Assembly (NCBI GenBank): GCA_950097015.1
Contig: CATNEN010000007.1
Coordinates: 10,168,001-10,232,000, forward strand
DNA: 64,000 nt
Direction: 5' to 3'
From: Macrostomum hystrix
Lineage: Eukaryota > Animalia > Platyhelminthes
Shown here: positions 23,672 through 35,600 of the stretch, piece by piece
Layout: every line of letters begins with the position of its first letter
Position numbering within the stretch: the stretch's first letter is position 1
Made by a program: the position numbers and the translations under genes
Notes under the pieces: model-generated
Database searches by the model: none
Told to the model about the DNA's origin: nothing
Seen by the model: the letters and a program-made list of their open reading frames with translations, nothing else

Positions 23672-26600
23672 CTGAGTCATGTGTGTTAGATCGCTATCGA
23701 GGTAAATAACCCACCGAATGAGCCTGAGAGAGATGCGGGAGCCGTTCCGTCTGCCTACTACGAATATTCTGCCTCTTGACTTCTCGGCCAACTTCTCAAC
23801 AACTTCTCAACAACTTCTCAACAACTTCTCAACAACTGTTGCAGCTGTGGCTACAGAGTACAGAGTGGCCCGAGGCTAATAATGGCTACTCGACAGCATT
23901 TTTTTAAGTGAGGAGAATTGGAGAAATTGAAAACTAAGTTGAAAGACAATCTGGATCAGGATTTCGCTTTCACATTCGCTGCCAGCCCAGCAGCTGTCAC
24001 CCGGGGCGGGGCCACCGTCAGGGCCGAGGGGACAAGGAAGGAGGCAATTCTTGGACAGTCAGCGGTCTAAATAGGCGGCTCGCGTAGGCCTTCTGCTGTT
24101 TCCTGGAAAACGGTCAGAAAGAAGCGACACCTCCCTTACTGAATGACACGCTCCGCGGGGACAGCGGAGGTGTGAAGGAGGGGAAGAAAGTCACGCATGC
24201 CCCATAGCGCAGAGTTTGCCAGGGGGGATTTTACAGCGGCAATTTACTTCTTCATGAAAATTTGTCACGCCTACCAACACGTGGAGCTATGCAGTGGGAG
24301 TGAGTGGGAGCTGCAGGCGCAGCAGCAGCAGCAGCAGCTATGGGGAAGGGAGTGGAGGTGGGTAGGCATGAGAGAGCAAAAAAGTTTCTGCTCCTTCTGG
24401 ACTTGAGCCAAAACTCCGGAAAATTCTGCTCCTAGCACCCCAGAACCCGCCCCCTCTGCTGGCACACACGCGCCCACTCGCGCCATCACTACTCACTTTC
24501 TAAGTTTCTACAAATGCCAAGCTTAAGAGTGTGGAAATGGAGAGAGCATGGGGCTGAGACAGTTCACGCTGCACATGAGCCGGGCTGCGCAGGGAACAAA
24601 TGGCGCGTATTCAAACAAAGCTGCGTTGCCATGGCTACGGGGACAAGAGGCGCGCTCCTCCCCCCTCGCCTACCCCAACCTCCGCTGTAGTTGCATAGTT
24701 GCTGGGCGGGCTAGGCTCTCTGAGTGCTGGCGCACTAATAGGCGGGCAGGTTACTAAGCTATATAGTGCAGAGGGGGGCCAGAGAGACAAGTTCACACAG
24801 CTCGCCGCCCCCACCAACTAAGGAGAACCGAATTGCATATTTAGACAAGAATGCAGCGCCCATGATTGCTGACTTGAAGAATCGTAAATTCCGTGCGGTT
24901 TCATTTATTCAACCAATTTGCCCACTTTCTCTAAAACTGTGCATTTCGTTGGTGCGACTGCACCAGTTTGGCCAGTTCGGATCTCGCCATTTCCCCACAC
25001 TCCCCCCTAAGTCTAGATTTGGGACACATCGAATAGGGGAATAAGAAACTAGAATAACAATGCAGATGGCTTCTATCAAATTCGCATGAAAATAAGGGAA
25101 GGGAAAGGGAGTTGTCAGGCAAGAGTGCGGCCGAACCTTTGCACTTGAGCCTTTTTTAGCCTTCTCTCCCTTTTATTATGCCTAGATGTCTGATGAAAAC
25201 ATGTGACACCATTGCGGCGTGCCGTGGCGGCGGCGGCGGCGGCGGCGACTGTGTCTCTTACCAAAAGACGCGTGCGGCCGAGCTGATAGGAGGCAGGGGC
25301 GATGGGAGAAGTTCACATGACTGACCGATGGGGCGCCTCAGACGGGGTGGGGCAGCAGCCCAGCCTCTCGGGATGCAGGCAGAGGGTGGAGAGTACCGGT
25401 TCGGGCCGAGATGCTTCGATGGAAGGACGGGCGGGCAGTCGGCGTGCGTGTGAATCATGCATGCCAAAGGGGTGGTGGGTGGGCACTGATTGGGTAAGAC
25501 GGAATTTCCCTCGTGACCCGAGAGACGAGGACGCGACGAGACTAAGGCAACGGGGTGAGGCTGGGGGGACACAGGCAGAGGCCAAACTGGGAAGGTAGCG
25601 ATGGAGACGGAACCAGACGCATGGGTCTAAAAATAGCATTAGTAAAGGAATACTAAGGCGGGCATGGGGGAGACTCTCTGCTCCAGTAATGCTTCAAGGC
25701 GGAAGGGTGAGGGGCGTCTGCGTCACACACATTGCTACAGACCCGGCGTGACTGTGTGTGTGCGCGTGTGTGTGCCTTGGACTGGGGCTGGAGTGGGGAG
25801 TCGAGTGCGCTAGCCCCCGCGGCCCCCCGTGACCGCCAGACCATGTGACTGTCTGGGCCGGCAAGGCCGCTCGCTGCCATTGGCTGAGCCGAGGAAGAGG
25901 CAGAAGATAGAGAGGGAGAGAGAGACAGACGGAGAGATGAGGGGGCGTTGGTATAGCAAGGCAGCCGCTATATGTTGGGGAGTCCCGGCCAACGCCCTCG
26001 GGACAAGGCAGGAGAATCACGTGCCCCAGACCCGCCAACCCCTCGCCCGCCCACCGGCTTCAACAAAAGCAAGGCAGGCCGTTCCGAATCCGAGCCAAGA
26101 CGGCATTTCGGCAAAGGAGGCAGACGCTAGAAAGGCTTTTGCGCGCACGGCTCGCTCTATTTTGGAATTCGAAAGTTTCTATTTAAAGCAAGCTCAACAG
26201 TAAAAACATTCCACTTTAACAACAAAGCTACTCATCGACTCTGATAGACAGGCACTGCAACTGGCCCACATCTTAGCAGGCCATGCGAGCATGAGCGGCT
26301 GTGCTCAACTGTTACCCAACTGGCAAGGCAGCGGCCTGATTGAAACTCAACAAGCGGAGGACCAGCAGCTCTACCAGAAGCCTGTCAGCAGCGGCAGTCA
26401 GCTCAGTCGACAGCTGAAGCGCCTGATCGGGCAGCATCAGCAGCGTGCCACAGGAGGCTGCGCAAGCAACAAAAAGCCGCTGCAGAAGCAGCAGAAGCGC
26501 CGCGAACAGCAGCAGCAGCAGAAGCCCTACCTGGCAATGCAACCGCAGGTGTACGTCGTGGGCAGCCCCAGCCCAAAGTCACCTTTCCTGCGCATCGCCC

Positions 26601-29600
26601 ACGTCAGCGACACCTGCGAGGTGGCCGACCAGGGCGCCTCGGCCATCTATGAGGCGGACGTCCTGGTACATACGGGCAATCTTAGCAGCTACCAGTTCAG
26701 CAAGCACTTCTTCAAGGACAGTGAGTTCCACAGCCAGATCAAGGCCATCAATACCTTCTTCGCCAGCATGCCGCACAAGTACAAGATCTTCGTGGCCGGG
26801 CCCAACGAGATCTTCGACGGCGAGTCTCGCGAGAAGATTCAAGCCCTGCTGCCCGGCTGCATCTACCTGCAGGACTCCAGCTGCGTCATCGAGGGAGTTC
26901 GCTTCTACGGCACGCCCTGGACCGTCAGCAGACGCGGCATCGACGGTCGCGGCTTTGTGAAGTCGCACGCCGAGTTGAAGACTGTCTGGTCGAACATCCC
27001 GGATGGCGTTGACGTGTTCGTGGCGCCATCGATTCCCACCAACTCCATGTACGAGGAGCTCGTTGCGAGGATAAGGTGAGCTGTCAATCAGCCTCTAGTT
27101 GCTAATGAGCCAGACCAATGCGGATTATTCCAGAGCCGTTGGGCCAAGGAGTTGTAGAAGTTAGCGGCAGGTGTGCAAACACTGCTCAGTGCTCACATTT
27201 ATATCACACTGAAATTGAGTAGCTGCGCTGTGAAAATAATATAACTGAAACAATAGCCAGTCGGGTAGCTGAGGCACTTGCTCAAAGGATTTTGGAAGCA
27301 TTGCGGGCACCCGTGTTGACAGAGCCGCAACCCTCGCCACCCGCAGGCCGAAGCTGTTTCTCTACGGCGCCAAGCCGGACCGAACCAGCCGGTCCGAGCC
27401 GCAGCACTCCGACGAGAACTGCGTCAGGTTCAAGGACAACGTCATCTTCGCCAACGGTCACGTCGCCTGTGCTGGCAAGCGCGGCCTCTTCGACTTCTAC
27501 GCCGACGCGCAGAGCTCCCGGGAGACCCGACTGCCGAAAGTGTCACCGCAGGCGGCCAGCGAGGCCCTTCAATCACTGCCGCTGCCCAGGCGGCGCTACA
27601 GCCTCCTGAGCTGCATCCAGTCCTGATGAAGATCGGAGGCCCTCATCCTCCCAGCCTCCCATTTGTAGTCTCCCAGCCGGCCAGCATGGCAACAATCCAC
27701 AAACCTCACCTGAGTGAGATGGCAATACTGACTCAATCATTTTGTTTTTCGCACTCTTCTATACAGCAGAGTGAATATTTGTGTACATAGCAAACTTATC
27801 TGTCTGATACCTCAGAATACCTCTGATACCTATTTTATCTGGGATGCGGCACAGCCGTTGTACAAAGTAGCAATTTATTTGTCCCTGTAAAATGGGCTCT
27901 GTATAGTTATAAATCTGCATAAATTGTGATAAAATGCTTTCACCTCAATACGATATGTTTTCTGTTGGAAAATTTCCTATTTCTGCTCCTATTCTGCATA
28001 CCGCCTTGCCTGTACAAAATCACCCCAGTCTGAGTCGCCATGGAGACCGCAGATCTGCCAGATTCTTGTATAGAAATATCCCAGTTAATTAGTGAATTGA
28101 ATTGCACTTCTGTATAAAGGATATGTAAACTAACTATAGGATGCTGACCGATTTGGAATCGTTTCGCCCCCACAGCCGTGTACACCCAGCCAGACCTGCC
28201 GTCTCTCTCAAACCTCTCAGTCTCCATGGAGACAAAGGCGCGCCTACCTGCCTACCTGTATATATGTATATAATATACTCGTATATATTATAAATAAACT
28301 AGATGAGCAGAGAACAGGCCAGGAGACGACAGATCGAGGGACTCAGTTCAGCTGCCTCTCCTCTCTCCGCGCCAATTCTATGAAAATGTCAATTGAACTA
28401 AAAACTGTGTTTCAGTTACCTTAGTGTTTTGCGGATGTGACTTAAAGGGGCTGGAAACACACACACAGACGCACAGGCACACACACGCACAGGCAATGCA
28501 CCTGCACTGCGCACGCGGATGCTTTAAGGAAAATGTATTTAAAAATGTGGGCAACCCTATGCATCCTTGATGCTGAAGAAGAGAAAAGAAGATATCAGCA
28601 AACAAACTCTACTGCAACACTGACACTCTACTGCAACACTGACACTACTGCAACACTGACACTACTGCAACACTGACACTACTGCAACACTGACACTACT
28701 GCAACACTGACACTACTGCAACACTGACACTACTGCAACACTGACACTACTGCAACACTGACACTACTGCAACACTGACACTCTACTGCAACACTGACAC
28801 TCTACTGCAACACTGACACTACTGCAACACTGACACTACTGCAACACTGACACTACTGCAACACTGACACTACTGCAACACTGACACTCTACTGCAACAC
28901 TGACACTACTGCAACACTGACACTCTACTGCAACACTGACACTCTACTGCAACACTGACACTACTGCAACACTGACACTACTGCAACACTGACACTCTAC
29001 TGCAACACTGACACTCTACTGCAACACTGACACTCTACTGCAACACTGACACTACTGCAACACTGACACACTACTGCAACACTGACACTCTACTGCAACA
29101 CTGACACTCTACTGCAACACTGACACTCTACTGCAACACTGACACTCTACTGCAACACTGACACTCTACTGCAACACTGACACTCTACTGCAACACTGAC
29201 ACTCTACTGCAACACTGACACTCTACTGCAACACTGACACTCTACTGCAACACTGACACTACTGCAACACTGACACTACTGCAACACTGACACTCTACTG
29301 CAACACTGACACTCTACTGCAACACTGACACACTACTGCAACACTGACACTCTACTGCAACACTGACACTCTACTGCAACACTGACACTACTGCAACACT
29401 GACACTACTGCAACACTGACACTCTACTGCAACACTGACACTCTACTGCAACACTGACACACTACTGCAACACTGACACTCTACTGCAACACTGACACAC
29501 TACTGCAACACTGACACTCTACTGCAACACTGACACTCTACTGCAACACTGACACTCTACGTCAACTGCAGCCAAAAAACGAGGTACTCTACACGAACAA

Positions 29601-32600
29601 TATACCTAGGTCGCGAGATTACACGGAAGGTTAAAACTGAATCGATATGAAGCATACTAGCAAGCAGCTTAAGGCATCGCTGATCAAACAAGGTCGCTGC
29701 TAGCCTAATTCTCCGCATTACCGATACTGGGTGAGCAGGAGTCGAAAGTGACAAGGCTCTGTTCTGTAAAACACGAAGCACTTCAAATTTGCCTAACCCG
29801 TTACAGTAGCAAATAGATTAGAGCTGGAATGCTGAGCACACACCCGGGCGCGTGAATATCAGGCTATTGCCTATTTATTCAGATATCCCTAGGAGTCGCC
29901 CCATATTTCCCGGCCACGCGCCAGTCAACAGGCTGTTGAGAACACACCCTATAGGCCCGCCGAGCTGACTGTCCGCTCCTCCCCTTGAGAACTGCGGGGG
30001 CTTGGGTCCTGGGGCAGTTGTGGGAACAGATAGGAATGGGGACACAGGCAACCCCGCCTTGTAATCTGGTAATATTTTACAACCTGCATGCGTGCGGTAA
30101 TGGGGCCCACCGGCCTCACAAAGCACCTCCCAGAGCCCTGCATATAAAATGCGTGCTCACAAGCCTGCTCAAAGGCCGGTATGAGCAATACGGGTACATT
30201 CATCACAATAAATTGATTCCAATTTCTTTAGTCTAACAACTAACAACTGCAAAAACTAGCTGCTGAAAAACATGAATTTATTGGGATTACTTTCCCATTG
30301 TCCGATCTCTCTGACGCACAGTACTACTCCCATATAGGAGCTCCGTACTAGACACAGTGCTGCTCACCCAGCCAGCCAGCCAGTGCAGACTAGGTGCAGG
30401 TGCTGGTGTTACCCTTTGAAGTTTTGCGCAATGGGCGGGTCTCGGTCTCAAGTAGCGATTAAAGACTTATTGTGACGCGAACACAAAGCTAGCATTGTAG
30501 ACAAATGAGCAAACTGTGGCGTCAACAGGCCGATCAGTTTTCTGCTCCCCTTCCCTCGCGGGTTAAGGGAAATATTAGGATTGCAGAAAACCTGAAGACT
30601 GTTCACTTTCTGTCACGGCTCGAGGCGACACCTGGGGATAAGGGACTGACAGAGATGAGAGCGAGGGGAGAAAGGAGTACAGGAAAGGCGGTATTTTTCC
30701 TTTCGCCTTTCAGTCGGCAGGTCAGATGCGACTTTCAAAACATAAGCTGTCTGTCGCGCGATTCTCTTTCACTGATCTGTTCGCACCTCCCCTCCGACAC
30801 TTTTCCATTGCTGCCCTGTAGGGAAGAAACAGGCCCACATAAAGACTTCATAAGTTCTTCCTCCAAGATTTCGTCACGGCAGCGGCAGCAGCAGCAGAGG
30901 TGAGGAGAAGCAGGCGTGGCCAGGCCGGGGCATAATGGTCAAGGCAGGCGGGCGCACGTGACTCGTGACGAAAATAAGGCCTAAACAGCCAGGCCAGCGG
31001 CATGGAGCTGAGTGCCTCACGCGCAGCCGTCTGGCCTTCCAAATAAATGCGACCTCCCTCCAGGCCGGCACTGCCGTCACGTGACCCGGGCACTGCTTGG
31101 CCGCTGCCCTCGGGCTGTCCTCAGCCCCGCCTCCCTCCTCCTGATATCTTCACCGAGCTAAAGGGGATAAATTAGGGGATGCGGGGCAGGGTAGGTCGCT
31201 AAGAAAATGAAGAGGCAGGCGAAGATGGTGAGGCCGGGGTCTCTCCGCAGTCGCTGATGATATGAGCGAGCGAGTAGCGGCCCGCTGCCAGCAGCTCAGT
31301 GACTCAGTTCCCGGCCAGCTAGAAACCAAGCCATTTTTTCTTCCAATTTTTCTTTCTCGCTCGCTCTCTCGCCGGCTTCCGATATAACTGCCGATTTTCA
31401 CGGCCAAGATTAGCCGCGGGAACTGGAAGACTGGAAGATAGCGACTGGGATCGGGGATGCATCGGATAAAATCATTGCGGGCGAGTGAGAAGGCTGATGA
31501 GAACGGGACGTTAGAATTGTGGAATTAAAATAGGAAAATTATGAGAACCACGATCTAAATGGTGAGAAGGGGAGAATGGTGAGAAGGGGAGAATGGTGAG
31601 AAGGGGAGAACTACAATGCCCTATGAGATAAAAAAGGAATGAGAGTGAGACAAAGGAAGCGGGGGAGATAAGATTATTAAAATGGGAGGTAAATGAGTTG
31701 GCCGGCAGAGAGATGAAATGGGGATTGCGCAATCCCAAGTTCTGCTAGTTTGAGTCCCTGCAACTACTGAGATTGAGACCTATAGTAGAGGCATTTGGAG
31801 TGGCACAAAGGGGCTGCACACAGAGCCAAGTCGTGCCAAAACGCCTGATAAGTGAAGCATTAGATAAGAACCGAGGGGGCAGATGGAAGGGTCGCATCGT
31901 CTCATCCTGAGCAGTGCTCAGTGCTCACCTTTTGGCTTCCGTGGGTCGCGCAGACGGAGGCCGGGGGTGGTCGCGGTAAACAGGAACTGAACTGGGAGTC
32001 CGCCAGGCCTTCAGCTCCCACCGCCCGACCCGACATTCCGCCAACCCCCACCATTCCACTTCCGCGGAAGCCCGAGCCAAAAAAATAATAAAAAAATAGG
32101 TAGAAGCCCCAGCTGCCAAGGCACTAATCTGCGGCGGCCCACACACGTACTGCTTAACACCTCTTTATCACAGACTGGGCTGGCTAAATCATTTGAAATA
32201 ATAAAGAAAGCAGAGGAAATGAGAGAGAGCGCAGGTCATGCGGCTATACCGCTGCGACTTTGTGATAGATAAAAAATGCCCCAGAAAAATGTGTGAGACT
32301 CGGCGGTCGCTGGACACGCGCGTTCCGAGTGACCGCTACCGGCTCGAGTGGCGCCGCGGACCCTGAGAATATCGGTCAACTGTAGCGTAGCACAGTCACG
32401 TGATGCGAATTCCATCGAAATCGGCGCGCAAGCAGGATTAGTGCATCACCGGAATCTAGTACCCATTGGCCTAAGTCGCCAGGGTGGCTTGTCTGGATAA
32501 ACTGCTACAACGAAGACTATATGTAGCTACTCTAGCGGCAACACTCTGTGAAATTCCAATGGCTGTCTAGACATTCACCGAGGCTAGAATTTTCCAGCTA

Positions 32601-35600
32601 TTTTTTAGACTGAAATTTTCCGGAACAAATGGAAGATAAGGTGCAACATGTGATGTTTGACCCTTAGCTGGTCCTTCAATGAGCGCATCAACGGCCACTC
32701 CGCCTGGTCCTTCAATGAGCGCATCAACGGCCACTCCGCCTGGTCCTACAATGAACGCATCCTCGGCCACTCCGCCTGGTCCTTCAATGAGCGCATCCTC
32801 GGCCACTCCGCCTGGTCCTTCAATGAGCGCATCCTCGGCCACTCCGCCTGGTCCTTCAATGAGCGCATCAACGGCCACTCCGCCTGGTCCTTCAATGAGC
32901 GCATCAATGGCCACTCCGTCTGGTCCTTCAATGAGCGCATCCTCGGCCACTCCGCCTGGTCCTTCAATGAGCGCATCATCGGCCACTCCGTCTGGTCCTT
33001 CAATGAGCGCATCCTCGGCCACTCCGCCTGGTCCTTCAATGAGCGCATCCTCGGCCACTCCGCCTGGTCCTTCATTGAGCGCATCCTCGGCCACTCCGCC
33101 TGGTCCTTCAATGAGCGCATCCTCGGCCACTCCGCCTGGTCCTTCAATGAGCGCATCAACGGCCACTCCGCCTGGTCCTTCAATGAGCGCATCAATGGCC
33201 ACTCCGCCTGGTCCTTCAATGAGCACATCATCGGCCACTCCGTCTGGTCCTTCATTGAGCGCATCATCGGCCACTCCGTCTGGTCCTTCAATGAGCGCAT
33301 CATCGGCCACTCCGTCTGGTCCTTCAATGAGCGCATCAATGGCCACTCCGTCTGGTCCTTCAATGAGCGCATCCTCGGCCACTCCGCCTGGTCCTTCAAT
33401 GAGCGCATCCTCGGCCACTCCGCCTGGTCCTTCAATGAGCGCATCCTCGGCCACTCCGCCTGGTCCTTCAATGAGCGCATCATCGGCCACTCCACCGAAG
33501 CCCCCAGTGTACCTATCCCCAGCCACGCCCACCAAAGCCGTGTTCGGGCTTACCTCGGTAATGCATGCGCAGTCCGGACGCGCCATGGCGCCAACAAAGT
33601 CGACACTGTCGGCGCTATCAACCGGCGTCTCCGTCGGCGGGGCTGCGGCCTCCCTGGGCAGAGCGATGAACCTCTCCATAGCCCACCGGCTGCCGTTCTT
33701 CATGACTTCGCAGACGCCGGCGGCGGTGGGCCGGGCGCCGGGGCTCTGACGCCAGCAGCGCTGCGCCAGCTGTCCGAGGAAGCCGGCCTGCTCAGCCTCC
33801 TGCGCCATCAGGTCCGGCCGGCGGCCGTTAAGCACCACCCTGGTGAGGTTCTCGTTGCTGGGCAGCTTGCTGAACGGCCGGTCGCCAATGATGAGCTCGT
33901 ACAGCAGCATGCCGAAGGAGTACACATCCACCTGCGGGCACAGCGACGTGTGGTGAATTCTTATTACAGATTCCTAAATCATCCATTACAGAATCCCGAA
34001 TTTTCCATTACCGAATCCCAAATCATCCATTACAGAATACCGAATTTTCCATTACCGAATCCCAAATCATCCATTACAAAATCCCGAATCATCCATTACA
34101 GAATCCCAAATCATCCATTACAGAATCCCGAATCATCCATTACAGAATCCCAAATCATCCATTACAGAATCCCGAATCATCCATTACAGAATCCCGAATC
34201 ATCCATTACAGAATCCCGAATCATCCATTACAGAATCCCAAATCATCCATTACAGAATCCCGAATCATCCATTACAGAATCCCGAATCATCTATTACAGA
34301 ATCCCGAATCATCCATTACAGAATCCCAAATTTTCCATTACAGAATCCCGAATCATCCATTACAGAATCCCAAATTTTCCATTACAGAATCCCGAATCAT
34401 CCATTACAGAATCCCGAATCATCCATTACAGAATCCCAAATCATCCATTACAGAATCCCGAATCATCCATTACAGAATCCCGAATCATCCATTACAGAAT
34501 CCCGAATTATCCATTACAGAATCCCGAATCATCCATTACAGAATCCCGAATCATCCATTACAGAATCCCGAATCATCCATTACAGAATCCCGAATCATCC
34601 ATTACAGAATCCCGAATCATCCATTGCAGAATCCCGAATCATCCATTACAGAATCCCGAATCATCCATTACAGAATCCCGAATTCTCATCATTTAATAAA
34701 AATCACAGATTTTGCAGAATCAAATCTGTAATGCTGATATTTATCCGGTTTAAATTGATTAACTCGAGTAGTCGGAAGCACATCATCACACATCAACTAA
34801 CTAGACGTCATAAAAGTACAAGACGCTGTGATTTCAAAACAGGAAGTCCTACATCTGCCCCGCAGTGCTAGTAAACACAGAAGATTCAGGCAGGGTCAGT
34901 GGAACTGAAGTGTACACATTAAAATAATCATTCAGTCTTTCACCAAAGCTTTTCATAGCATCCAAAATACTAGAAAGCTAAGGAAAATTATATCCTAAAA
35001 ATGAAAACAATTTGGGATAAAAGGCGGTGTGGGGTTGGGCCAGTAATCAGAATAATGAAATTGGCGGCAAACAGCTCCCGTGATGGCATGCCGCGGCACG
35101 GAGCTTCACAAATAGAAACTGAACGCCCAGAGTCACTTGCACACCGCAGTTTAAAATTAGAACAACACAAGCATTTCCCGCTTCCCAGTCTTTTATTAAT
35201 TTTTATCCTCAAACCGCCCCAGCAACCGAAACCCGACGCCTAAATCCCATTTTGGGAATTTCCAATAGGGAAAAGCAAAATTCGATCCCCGTTCGCCATC
35301 TTGTTTTCATTTTTCCCGCTTTGAATTTCCCATATGAAGAAATCAGCGAGGTGAGGCTGAAGCAGTAGCAGAAGTAGCAGACTGCCACAGCCCCGTCCGG
35401 GTTGATCTTCGGATCTGGGGAATCTGAGGATGCGGCTGAAGATTCCGCCGGGGCGATAAGCGCCCCACAGCGAACAGCTGCCGCCGTTCTGTGGCGGATG
35501 ATTAAGCCGAAGGGGGCGGCTGACCCGCCTCCTGGCGCGAGCGTTCACCCCGGCGAAATAAATTTGACGTTTTGGCAACCCCAGCCACGCCAGACCCCAC

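Noticed and set aside
32668-33493. 36-bp repeat as a CRISPR array
   Set aside because: Units are contiguous with no unique spacers, there are no cas genes, and the context is eukaryotic.
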